A model generated the notes under the pieces. That model worked only from the letters and a program-made list of their open reading frames with translations. It made no database searches and was not told the DNA's origin. DNA of 64,000 nt. Source: Propionicimonas sp. (lineage in GTDB: Bacteria > Actinomycetota > Actinomycetes > Propionibacteriales > Propionibacteriaceae). Positions 29,580 to 38,359 of this stretch are shown here, one piece after another (position 1 is the first letter of the stretch; every line of letters begins with the position of its first letter). Both the position numbers and the translations under genes were made by a program. The DNA lies in assembly GCF_049840635.1 (NCBI RefSeq), contig NZ_JASGKL010000004.1, forward strand, positions 380,605 through 444,604. Reading direction: 5' to 3'.

Positions 29580-29653
29580 ACCGGATGTTCAGCGCCCCAC
29601 TCGTTGGTAGGGATTTCTCACGGTGTTCGGGCGCGTGTGGGACGCTTCCTGCT

Positions 29654-30055
29654 GTGGTCGAGTGGTTGCGGCGTAGGTTCCGGCGGTGGTTCGGCGACGA
29701 TGAGGCTCCGGATTACGATCTGCCGGACCCAGACTTGGCAGCCTACGATCACGGTTTGGGTGAGCTCCGCCTCGATGGCGAGTTGAAGGGCTATCTGGCC
29801 AGTGTGAGAGTGAGGATGTGGTTCCCCGCTCGGCAGTGGTGGCCGTGGTTCGTGATCGTCTGGGCTGACGGAGGGAAGGACCGCGCCTTCGAGGACTACG
29901 GTCCCAAGTGGTACACCGTTCGTGAACTCGACGCTGGCTATTTCGAGCACTACCCAGACAGTGGCGAGGCCGAGGTGTACGAGTTCAGTTGGCTTGCGCC
30001 CGACGAGGCGGGCGCCAGGTGGACAGAACTCGGCTTGACTGAGGACGACTTCTGA
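29654..30055 (+). CDS. Hypothetical acidic, Trp-rich protein
   Basis: Non-shadow composition; start uncertain (29543 or 29654). Confidence 0.55.
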   Translation: MVEWLRRRFRRWFGDDEAPDYDLPDPDLAAYDHGLGELRLDGELKGYLASVRVRMWFPARQWWPWFVIVWADGGKDRAFEDYGPKWYTVRELDAGYFEHYPDSGEAEVYEFSWLAPDEAGARWTELGLTEDDF

Positions 30056-30119
30056 CCAGCCTGCCGCGTCGCGGCGTGCTCGGGGGCCGAAGCCCTCGCA
30101 CACCGCGGCATGTGCGTGC

Positions 30120-30635
30120 ATGGGCCTCGCGGTCCAGAATGCTTGTGTGATCGTGCCGCCTGGGGAGTACAGAGCTTTCCTCGACGCCGCCGGGGTGTTG
30201 TGCGGGTTGATCGAGTCGGTCGCTGAGCCGTCGGTGGCTGAGCGGCCATCGGTGAATCGGGTTCGGGTCGCGGTCGCCGAGGTCTTGGCGGCGGGGTGGC
30301 GGCCGCCGGCGGTCGAGCCCGCTACGGGCGAGTTCGAGGTTCCCGAGATTTCGCACGCGGAGTGGCGCCGGGTGTTCGCAGTGGTGCAGGAATGGATCGG
30401 GGAATCGGAGTACTACTCGACGAACCAGGTCCTTCGGGGCCGCGGCACTCGGACAGTGACGGTGGGCTCGGTTGCCGATGATTTGGCCGACATCTGGCGC
30501 GATCTACGGAGCTCTCTGGAGGCAGAGCGGCATGACATGTCGTGGCGGGACGCGGTCTGGCAGGCCCGGTTCGACCTGGAAACCCACTGGGGAACCCACG
30601 CCTTGGAGGTCCTGCGAGCGCTGCACAGCCTCTGA
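30120..30635 (+). CDS. DUF5063-like protein
   Basis: SVADDLADIWRDL...HWGTHALEVLRALH motif. Confidence 0.7.
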   Translation: MGLAVQNACVIVPPGEYRAFLDAAGVLCGLIESVAEPSVAERPSVNRVRVAVAEVLAAGWRPPAVEPATGEFEVPEISHAEWRRVFAVVQEWIGESEYYSTNQVLRGRGTRTVTVGSVADDLADIWRDLRSSLEAERHDMSWRDAVWQARFDLETHWGTHALEVLRALHSL

Positions 30636-30762
30636 CCGAACGCCGACCTACCCGGCGAGAGTCGCGTACCCACTCCGCGCGGCACGAGAGTTCGCTATCA
30701 CGGCGCGGTCCGCGTGATAGGCGCGAGGGTCGCATACGCTGCAGTCGGCGGAGGAGAAGACA

Positions 30763-31065
30763 GTGCCGGTCTCGAAGGGCGATGGGCGGGCCCGACCCAT
30801 CCGCTCACGAGCCCGGCAGTTCTGGGCGGGTATGGCAGTTGGCCTCGCCCCCGGACTCATTGATCTCGGCAATGCTCTCGGACTGTACCCATTCGTCCCG
30901 CTGCTCGGGATCGGCCTCATCCTGATCCTTGGCCTCGTCCTGTTGATCGTCGCGTCAACGAGACTCTTCGGCGCCGGCCTGACCGTCGGGTCCACCCTCA
31001 GCATGATGCTGGTCCTTCTTGGCGCAGCAATGAACTGGCTGGCGCACCCGACCATCGTCTTCTAG
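30763..31065 (+). CDS. Small membrane protein (about 3 TM)
   Basis: GGAG upstream of GTG; long hydrophobic stretches. Confidence 0.6.
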   Translation: MPVSKGDGRARPIRSRARQFWAGMAVGLAPGLIDLGNALGLYPFVPLLGIGLILILGLVLLIVASTRLFGAGLTVGSTLSMMLVLLGAAMNWLAHPTIVF

Positions 31066-31153
31066 ACAAGGCGTCCGAACTCAGCGCGGCAGATTCGGGC
31101 GGCGCTTTCCACCGACGCGGTTCGGGCCGCAGCCGGTCTGACATTATTCAGCG

Positions 31154-32302
31154 GTGGATTGTCTTGACCTTGCGATCCGGTCCTTCGCTGACATGAGCAT
31201 GGAGCGGGCGCTTGCCGTCGCGCGGGTCTTCGACGAGTTTCCGAATCTGCGTCCGCGGCGTGTGGGCGGAGACCCGGCACGGATCAAGGTGAAGCCGTCG
31301 ATGGAGGCCGTCGTCACGGCGGCAGGTCTGCCGATCGAGTGGCTGACGGTCCGTCGCAACGAGGGCGACGCGATGGAGCCAGGCGAGATCGACCTGTTGC
31401 CCGGTCGTGGGGGCTGGTCGGGTGAGCAGGAGGACGGTCGATGGACGTACTCCCTGAATGGCCACAGAATCGAGCAGAGCTGGCAGGCGAACACCGTTGC
31501 CGAGCCGGCTGACACCGCGGCTGTCGCCACCCTCTTCGAAGGACTGGTCGTGGCCATCGACGCCGCCTACGGATGCGTCACACCTAGGGTGTGGCGCCCG
31601 CGCCCGCTGTACACCTTGGCTGAGGCCATGTTGCCGGGCGTGTTCTGGTTGAACTACTTCGGTCCAGCCTTTGTCCGTGCTCATCCCGAACTCGCCACCC
31701 TTCTGGGCGCGCGGACGCTGCGGACGGGCGGAGTCCTGGTTCAGACCTCCGGCGAGCCGTGGCAACCCTACGAAGCGGGCACCCCTGCGTGGCAGTCGCC
31801 GCTGCGGACCGTCTTCGGCGACGGAGCGTTCGAGTGGGTGCGACCTAACCCAGCTTTGCCCACGATTGACCAGCATGTCAGGGCGTCCCCTGGAACGCAG
31901 GAGATGCCGTGGATCCCGTGGCTGGCAACCAGGGCCGCCGATGACCGGGCCCGGAAGCACGCGGCTGCACGCAAGCGGCTGGCCGCAGCCAGCCAGGGGT
32001 GGGCGCAACCGACTCTGGCGGACGACGCTGTCGAGTGGTCAACGTCCTTCGATCTGGACGACTGGCGAGCGTTCGCGAGATACCTGACCCGACAGCTGCG
32101 CGGGGACCTGATCACCACGATCGGTAGGGCCGTCATCTCGGTCATCACCACCGCGCCCGCAGAGCAGGAAGACAGCATCACCATGGATACCCAGCTCGGA
32201 CCGATCCGTCTTGGCTGGTTCATCGACGACGAGAATGTAGTCGACCTCTACATCTGGGGCCCTCCCCAGGTGAGCGCTCTGTGCGACGCGTGGCCTGCCT
32301 GA
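31154..32302 (+). CDS. Hypothetical protein, possibly immunity-protein-like
   Basis: 382-aa ORF with non-shadow composition; LPGVFWLNYFG segment recalls polymorphic-toxin immunity proteins (weak, by eye). Confidence 0.6.
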   Translation: MDCLDLAIRSFADMSMERALAVARVFDEFPNLRPRRVGGDPARIKVKPSMEAVVTAAGLPIEWLTVRRNEGDAMEPGEIDLLPGRGGWSGEQEDGRWTYSLNGHRIEQSWQANTVAEPADTAAVATLFEGLVVAIDAAYGCVTPRVWRPRPLYTLAEAMLPGVFWLNYFGPAFVRAHPELATLLGARTLRTGGVLVQTSGEPWQPYEAGTPAWQSPLRTVFGDGAFEWVRPNPALPTIDQHVRASPGTQEMPWIPWLATRAADDRARKHAAARKRLAAASQGWAQPTLADDAVEWSTSFDLDDWRAFARYLTRQLRGDLITTIGRAVISVITTAPAEQEDSITMDTQLGPIRLGWFIDDENVVDLYIWGPPQVSALCDAWPA

Positions 32303-32513
32303 AGAACACAATCGCACGACAGAGCAACACGCTCACATCGGCAGATCCGGACGTATCACGTGCATATGCCCGACGAGCGTGTGGAGGTTGCCTGCCGATG
32401 TGCCATCGTCCGACTCCGCCTGGGTCACTCCTGTCGACGGCAGAGCGCTTGCTACCCGCAAGAGATGAGGTCGTTCAGGCCGTCGGGGTTGCGGTGCGTC
32501 GGGATACCATCGG

Positions 32514-32550
32514 TTGCCCGAGGGAGGGCTAATTGCCCGTATGTTGCCCG
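32514..32550. repeat. Three TTGCCCG direct repeats next to the tRNA 3' end
   Basis: Copies at 32514, 32533 and 32544, 28-64 bp from the tRNA discriminator base. Confidence 0.55.
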
Positions 32551-32577
32551 AGGCCTCCGAATGTGCCTCTGACGAGG

Positions 32578-32650
32578 TGGAGCTAACGGGATTCGAACCC
32601 GTGGCCTCTTCCATGCCATGGAAGCGCGCTACCAACTGCGCCATAGCCCC
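32578..32650 (-). tRNA. tRNA-Ala (GGC)
   Basis: GGGGCTA acceptor stem, CTTCC-AT-GGC-AT-GGAAG anticodon arm, GGTTCGAATCC T-arm; CCA not fully encoded. Confidence 0.97.
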
Positions 32651-32714
32651 GAACGTCCCTGAGGACGAGGCCATACTCTACCCAGCGCCGCCGGGGATGG
32701 GAAATCGGGCAACC

Positions 32715-34232
32715 TCACTCCTTCAAGGTCATCGTGACCTTGTAGGTCAGCCTGAGGAGCTTCTCCGTCTGGTTCTTGCACTTCTCCAACTGGTAGTACT
32801 TCGTCGAGCCGACGAGGCGGGCGATCTTGCCGTCCACGACCTTGTCGATCGTGAGGGTGCGAACGCTCCGCGCCGGGTTGTCGGTGCTGATCACCTTGCC
32901 CGTGTCGGTCCAGACGCACTCGCTGTCGAACCGGTCGTCCTGGGTCCAGCCGTCGGCGGTGCGGATCGTCGGCACCGACCGGTCGCCGATCTGCATCACC
33001 GTGCTGCACCCCGCCTGGTCACAGGTCGTGGTCACGGTGCGGACCTCCTTCGACTTCTCGCCGACCTTGATCCGCGGCACATTGGACTTGGTGAGCACCG
33101 TCACGTACACGTAGTCGCCGTTGAACCCCAGTTCCAGCGGCGTGGTCGGCGTCGGCGACGGCGTCACGCTCATCGTCGGGGACGCCGACGTGGTCAGGAC
33201 CGGCGCGGTGAACGCCTCGGGCTCCTTGTCCTTCTGCGCGCCCGGATGGGCGATCGCGATCCCGATCCCGCCGATGACGATCCCTCCGACGACGACCGGG
33301 ATCAGCGTGCGCAACCGGCTCCCGGTCTTGACCGCGTTGCCGATCACCCCCGTCCCGGTCGCCCCCGCGTCACCGCCGGCCAGGAATGCCGCGTTCCCCG
33401 ACAGGCTCCCCGGCAGCGCACCGGCGCCCGCCTCGGCCGCCACCGTCGCTGTCGCCGTCGAGGCTGCCCCGACACCGACCGCGGACGCGACCGCGGCGCC
33501 GATGCCCTCCAGCGTCCACCACAACGGGCCGTACGCGCGCTCCGCCGCGTGCGACAACTCCGCCATGAAGGCGCCGGCGTCCCCGGGTCGAGCGGACGCA
33601 TCCGCGTCCGTCGCCCTCGTGAGCACTGCACCCACCCCGCCGTCGACCGGACCCGCCTCGAGGAGCTCCGCGAACACCTTCGCCGCGGCGAACACGTCCG
33701 CCCGCGGGTCGGGGGCCGCCCCCGCGGCCACCTCCGGTGCCGCGTACTCGTCCGTCGCCGCCACCTCCGGGTCGGCCGCCCACGCGGCCGCGTCCACCAG
33801 CTTCGGCACCCCCTCCAGCGACAGCATGACGGTCGCCGGCGACACCAGTCCGTGCACGACCTCCGCCCCATGCAGCGAGGCCAGCCCGGTGAGCACCCCT
33901 CGCGCCACGCCCAGGGACTGTGCCGTCGACAGCGTGTGCTCCTGCGTCAGGGCGCCGAGCGAGACGCCCTCGACCCACTCCTCGACGAGCCATGAGCGGC
34001 CCTGGGCGTCGCGGACCGGCTCGTCGACCCGCGCCACGTTCTCCCCGGCGAGGTCGTGCACCCTGCCGAAGTCCGGACCTGTCTCCTCCGGATGGGTCGA
34101 GAGGTGGGCCAACTCTTTGAGCACCACCTCGTCGCCCCGGTCGGCCGTGGCCCTCCAACGCGCCCCGAACCGTCCCCCCGGCAACTGCTGACCCAGCGTG
34201 AATCCACCAATTTCCACAGCGCCCCCCGACAC
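32715..34232 (-). CDS. Membrane Ser/Thr kinase-like protein, probable pseudokinase
   Basis: VVLKE, LVEEWVEG, YAAPEV, DVFAAA kinase-fold motifs, but the HRD loop reads HGLVSPAT and DFG reads DAA; one TM and an ectodomain with 4 Cys. Confidence 0.75.
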   Translation of the reverse strand: MSGGAVEIGGFTLGQQLPGGRFGARWRATADRGDEVVLKELAHLSTHPEETGPDFGRVHDLAGENVARVDEPVRDAQGRSWLVEEWVEGVSLGALTQEHTLSTAQSLGVARGVLTGLASLHGAEVVHGLVSPATVMLSLEGVPKLVDAAAWAADPEVAATDEYAAPEVAAGAAPDPRADVFAAAKVFAELLEAGPVDGGVGAVLTRATDADASARPGDAGAFMAELSHAAERAYGPLWWTLEGIGAAVASAVGVGAASTATATVAAEAGAGALPGSLSGNAAFLAGGDAGATGTGVIGNAVKTGSRLRTLIPVVVGGIVIGGIGIAIAHPGAQKDKEPEAFTAPVLTTSASPTMSVTPSPTPTTPLELGFNGDYVYVTVLTKSNVPRIKVGEKSKEVRTVTTTCDQAGCSTVMQIGDRSVPTIRTADGWTQDDRFDSECVWTDTGKVISTDNPARSVRTLTIDKVVDGKIARLVGSTKYYQLEKCKNQTEKLLRLTYKVTMTLKE

Positions 34233-34302
34233 CCAGAACCGGCTGTGAGGATGCTATGGGCGTCCGAATCGCGCTGAGTATCGGCAATGCTGCTACCTGG
34301 CC

Positions 34303-35487
34303 TCAGGGAGCGTACGGCCCGGCCTGCGACCACCACGCGAACAATTCACCAAACGACAAGTCCGGGTCGGCCGCGGACGCCACGATGGACTGCTCGGGAG
34401 CGATCCACGCGAACACGCTGTAGGCGTTGGCGTCCCGATAACAGCGCAGCACGCCGAACGGGCTGCCCTCGGAACGCTCGTCCAGCGCCTCGCCCGGGTT
34501 CTGGGTACAGTCACCGGACTCCGCGGGGCTCCCGGCGTAGTAGCCGCGGAACGCCTCCTGTGCCGCCCCTGCGTCCCCGTACTGCAGGTAGAACGCGTAG
34601 CGCGGGCCCCCACCGGCGGCTGCCGGGGAGCACTGAACCGCGACGACGAGCCCGTTCGCGAGCGCAGCGTCCGTCGGAACCAGTCGCTTGCAGGTCCCGC
34701 GGAAGGACGCGGGCGCCCTGGCCTTGAGCGCACCGGTGGTCGTCGCCGGAGGCACCGGAGGCAGGGGAGTGGCGCTCGTCGACGTGGCGGTGACGGTGGG
34801 CCTCGGGGACGCGACGGTCGCCGGCACTGTCCTCGCGAACCACAGCCAGCCGCCCACGCCACAGGCCAGCGCCACCGCAACCCCGACGATGACGGGCAGT
34901 GTCGAACGGCGTCGGGCAGGGACGGAGAGCGCCGCCGGCGTGCGCGCCGGCGCGGCCGCGTCCTTGTCCCACCGGTCGGCGAACTCGGCGGGCGCGTCGG
35001 CCCCGGGCGGGACATCGTGGTGGGACGCGTGCTCGATGGCGGCGACGAGGTGGGCGAGGTCCGCCGTGAACGACTCGAAGCGCAGCGGCGTGGACTGACG
35101 GCTGACCAGGGGACGGAGGCTCTCCGGCAACGCTTCGGCCGCCGGCAGCACCGCGCCGTCCACCAGCACCGGGATCACCGGGACGTTCCTGGCCAGCGCG
35201 GTCGTGATCTCGGCCGCCACCCAGTCCTCGGGGTCGTCGATGCGTCGACGTCCGTCCGCATCGGTGACGGTCGCCCAGCGCTCACCGATGAACGCCAGCA
35301 GCACGTCGCAGCCACCGATGGCCCGACGCAGGTACTCGGTGAAGTCGACACCCGGCGGAATGGTGTCGATGTCCATGAACAGCTCGTACCGGTCGGCCAG
35401 CTTGTCCGCCGCCCGCCCCGCGACGTGCTGGGAGTCCGCGCGCCGGTAGCTCAGGAACACCCGCGCGCGCCCGGTCGCCGTCACCAC
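34303..35487 (-). CDS. TIR-domain protein with TM helix and Cys-containing C-terminal ectodomain
   Basis: VFLSYRRAD, FMDIDTIPPGVDF, DWVAAEI, VIPVLVD; TM LPVIVGVAVALACGVGGWLW. Confidence 0.85.
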   Translation of the reverse strand: MVTATGRARVFLSYRRADSQHVAGRAADKLADRYELFMDIDTIPPGVDFTEYLRRAIGGCDVLLAFIGERWATVTDADGRRRIDDPEDWVAAEITTALARNVPVIPVLVDGAVLPAAEALPESLRPLVSRQSTPLRFESFTADLAHLVAAIEHASHHDVPPGADAPAEFADRWDKDAAAPARTPAALSVPARRRSTLPVIVGVAVALACGVGGWLWFARTVPATVASPRPTVTATSTSATPLPPVPPATTTGALKARAPASFRGTCKRLVPTDAALANGLVVAVQCSPAAAGGGPRYAFYLQYGDAGAAQEAFRGYYAGSPAESGDCTQNPGEALDERSEGSPFGVLRCYRDANAYSVFAWIAPEQSIVASAADPDLSFGELFAWWSQAGPYAP

Positions 35488-35629
35488 GTGGGCGGCGGCA
35501 GGCCTCGCGCCGTGGCGCGTGGAACCCTTCGACGCTCGGCGTCACCCCCCATGCGGCACAGGCTAGGCAGCCGGGCAGGAGGGGCCCCATCCGCACAATT
35601 GACCCGCGGGGTCCGGATGATGCCTGGGC

Positions 35630-36364
35630 TCAGCCGGTCAGGCGGCGGGCGTGGCGGTCGAGGAAGATCCGGTGGACGGTGATCAACAGCGCCAGCCACG
35701 CAAGGCCGAACAGCCACGCGAACACCACGTCGGTCAGCCAGTGGTGCCCGAGGAAGACCCGGCTCAGCCCCATCGCCAGCGCCCAGAGCACGGCACCAAG
35801 GACCGCGCAGACACGCTGCCACGCACGATCGGCGAGCCACACCACCAGGTAGGCCAGCATGCCCGCGACCACCGTGCTGTTCAGCGTGTGGCCGGACGGG
35901 AACGAGAAGCTCTCCTCGAACGGCGGGACGGCGTCGACCAGCGGCGGACGGCTGCGTCCGACCCAGGCCTTGCCGACGATCGTGAACGTGATGCTCCCCG
36001 CGGCGGCCACCAGCATCAGCACAATGATCGTCCGCCGGCGGTAGGTCAGGTACAGCGCGCCCATCAGGACGAGCCCGATCACCACCATCGGCACGGTCGT
36101 CCCCAGCTGGGTGAACGCGGTGACCACGGTCTCCGAGAGCGGGGTGCGCAGCCGGATCATCGCGTCGAGGACGGGGCGGTCGAGGCCCGCGACGCCGTCA
36201 TCGGCGGCCACAGCCTCGTAGACCGAGGCGCTGGCGAGGATCAGCAGGGCGAAGAGCATCCCACCGACCAGCCCGGTGAGGCCGATCGCTGTGCCCGTCC
36301 GCACCCTGACGCGGGAAGCCGGCGGCGTGGCGTCCCCTTCCGCCTCGGGCACCGGTCTGGCCAT
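35630..36364 (-). CDS. PAP2 family membrane phosphatase
   Basis: KAWVGRSRP, SFPSGH, SRVFLGHHWLTDV. Confidence 0.92.
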   Translation of the reverse strand: MARPVPEAEGDATPPASRVRVRTGTAIGLTGLVGGMLFALLILASASVYEAVAADDGVAGLDRPVLDAMIRLRTPLSETVVTAFTQLGTTVPMVVIGLVLMGALYLTYRRRTIIVLMLVAAAGSITFTIVGKAWVGRSRPPLVDAVPPFEESFSFPSGHTLNSTVVAGMLAYLVVWLADRAWQRVCAVLGAVLWALAMGLSRVFLGHHWLTDVVFAWLFGLAWLALLITVHRIFLDRHARRLTG

Positions 36365-36477
36365 TGGTCGAGGGTACCGGAGGCGCGGGGCCGGCCCGGA
36401 ATACAGCCCGCACCGCCGGCGGTTGGTGCCTTCTGAACCCGGGTACCGGGTCACCACCCAACGAAAGGCAGGCAACG

Positions 36478-36903
36478 ATGACGGTCAGTTCCGCACAGGC
36501 CCACTGGGAAGGCTCGCTCACCGAGGGCGGGGGCGAGGTCGAGTTCCTGAACTCGAACGTCGGCAGCCTCGAGATCGACTGGAAGTCCCGTGCGGGCGAG
36601 ACGCCCGGCGCGAAGACCACCCCGGAGGAGCTCATCGCCGCCGCGCACTCGTCCTGCTTCTCGATGGCGCTCTCCCACGCGCTGGCCGGCAACGGGACGC
36701 CGCCGTCCGCGCTCGACACCCGCGCGGACGTGACCTTCGTCCCCGGCACCGGGATCACGGGCATCCACCTGACCGTGAAGGGCTCGGTGCCCGGCGTGAC
36801 CGCGGAGGAGTTCGCCACCTTCGCCGCCAACGCCAAGACCGGCTGCCCGGTGTCGGCAGCGTTGACCGGGACCACGATCACGCTGGACGCCGAGCTCGTC
36901 TGA
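36478..36903 (+). CDS. osmC: OsmC family peroxiredoxin
   Basis: TTPEELIAAAHSSCFSMAL, AKTGCPVS. Confidence 0.93.
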   Translation: MTVSSAQAHWEGSLTEGGGEVEFLNSNVGSLEIDWKSRAGETPGAKTTPEELIAAAHSSCFSMALSHALAGNGTPPSALDTRADVTFVPGTGITGIHLTVKGSVPGVTAEEFATFAANAKTGCPVSAALTGTTITLDAELV

Positions 36904-36914
36904 CAAGGCGGTTC

Positions 36915-36945
36915 GCGCGGGCGGCTCCGCCGGGGCCGCCCGTGC
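36915..36945 (+). terminator. GC-rich hairpin after osmC (possible terminator)
   Basis: GCGCGGGCGGCTCC-GCC-GGGGCCGCCCGTGC; no U-tract. Confidence 0.35.
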
Positions 36946-37022
36946 AGCGTTGTCCGCAGGGCTGGCACCCGCGCCGGGTCCGGCCGCGGTCCGGGCTGCG
37001 GCGCTGTGCCAGAATCGGACGG

Positions 37023-38102
37023 GTGATCCGCCTCGCCGGTTCCCTCGCAGCCCTCGCGATCCTGTTCGCGGGCTGCACGGCGCAGCCCGCCGGCACCGAC
37101 ACCCCCGCCGACATCAACGTCTGGCCGAGCGCGGAGGCGTCCCGGACCCCCGCCGAGGGTCGCACCGTCCTCGCCTCGGACCTCGACGTGCCCTGGGACA
37201 TGGCCGTCCTGCCCGACGGCAGCGTCCTCGTCACGCTGCGGGACGCGGCCGAAGTGGTCAGGGTGGCCGACGGCGGGACCACCCGTGTCGCCGGGGTGAC
37301 GGGCGTCGCGCCGGCGGGGGAGGGCGGGCTGCTCGGCATCGCGCTGTCGCCCCACTTCGGTGAGGACGGCCTGCTCTACCTGTACCTCACGAGCGCCGAC
37401 GACAACCGCGTGGTCCGCTACCGCTACGACGGCGACGAACTCACCGCCCCGACGCCGATCCTCACCGGGATCCCGAAGGCCGCCAACCACAACGGCGGCC
37501 GGATCCGCTTCGGACCCGATGGTGACCTCTACGTCGGCACCGGGGACGCCGGACGCGCCGAGAACGCGCAGGACCTGGACTCCCTCGGCGGGAAGATCCT
37601 CCGGGTGACACCGGACGGCGACGTCCCCGCCGACAACCCGTTCGCCAGCGCCGTCTACAGCTACGGGCACCGCAACGTGCAGGGCCTCGGCTGGGACGTG
37701 AGCGGGCAGCTGTACGCCAGCGAATTCGGCCAGGACCGCTACGACGAACTCAACCTGGTCCGGCCGGGCGGCAACTACGGCTGGCCGCAGGCGGAGGGGA
37801 TGGCGGGAGCGCCCGGGCTGGTCGACCCGCTGCTCGTCTGGGCGCCGAAGGACGCGTCCCCCAGCGGCATCGCCGTGACCGCGGGCGGGACCGTCTACAT
37901 CGCCTGCCTGCGCGGCGAGCGCGTCCTGGCCACCACCGCGACGTCCGACGGCATGACCGACCCCGAGGTGGTCCTGGACGGTCTCGGCCGCGTCCGTGCC
38001 GTCGAGGTGGTCGACGACCGCCTCTACGTCCTCACCAACAACACCGCCCGCGGAACGCCCCGCGAGGGCGACGACCAGCTGGTCTCGCTCCCGCTGCGTT
38101 GA
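37023..38102 (+). CDS. PQQ-dependent sugar (glucose/sorbosone) dehydrogenase-family lipoprotein
   Basis: Lipobox FAGC, GEGGLLG, NHNGGRIRFGPDG, SLGGKILR, YGHRNVQG, GGNYGWP. Confidence 0.9.
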   Translation: MIRLAGSLAALAILFAGCTAQPAGTDTPADINVWPSAEASRTPAEGRTVLASDLDVPWDMAVLPDGSVLVTLRDAAEVVRVADGGTTRVAGVTGVAPAGEGGLLGIALSPHFGEDGLLYLYLTSADDNRVVRYRYDGDELTAPTPILTGIPKAANHNGGRIRFGPDGDLYVGTGDAGRAENAQDLDSLGGKILRVTPDGDVPADNPFASAVYSYGHRNVQGLGWDVSGQLYASEFGQDRYDELNLVRPGGNYGWPQAEGMAGAPGLVDPLLVWAPKDASPSGIAVTAGGTVYIACLRGERVLATTATSDGMTDPEVVLDGLGRVRAVEVVDDRLYVLTNNTARGTPREGDDQLVSLPLR

Positions 38103-38128
38103 GTGCCAACGCGGGTCCCGTCGTCATC

Positions 38129-38351
38129 GAGATCCCGGCTTTCGCCGGGATGACGGTGGCGTTTGCTGTCTGTCATCCCGGGCTTGACCCGGGATCTCTT
38201 TGTCGCAGTGGGTCGCGGGTGCCGCCGAGATCCCGGCTTTCGCCGGGATGACAGGGCTGCGTAGGTGTCTGTCATCCCGGGCTTGACCCGGGATCTCCTT
38301 GTCGCAGTGGGTCGCGGGTGCCGCCGAGCTGCCGGCTCTCGCCGGGATGAC
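38129..38351. repeat. BIME-like mosaic of alternating inverted REP palindromes (98-99 bp period)
   Basis: GAGATCCCGGCTTTCGCCGGGATGAC at 38129, 38227 and (degenerate) 38326 alternate with TGTCATCCCGGGCTTGACCCGGGATCTC at 38171 and 38270; conserved linkers; between convergent genes. Confidence 0.88.
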
Positions 38352-38359
38352 CGTGGCGT

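Noticed and set aside
23400-32577. Intact prophage or ICE at tRNA-Ala
   Set aside because: No integrase, phage structural, relaxase or conjugation genes, and no second att copy found by eye.
32333-32674. ORFs overlapping the tRNA (32333..32674, 32514..33995)
   Set aside because: They read through the tRNA gene or are antisense to the pseudokinase; no coding support.
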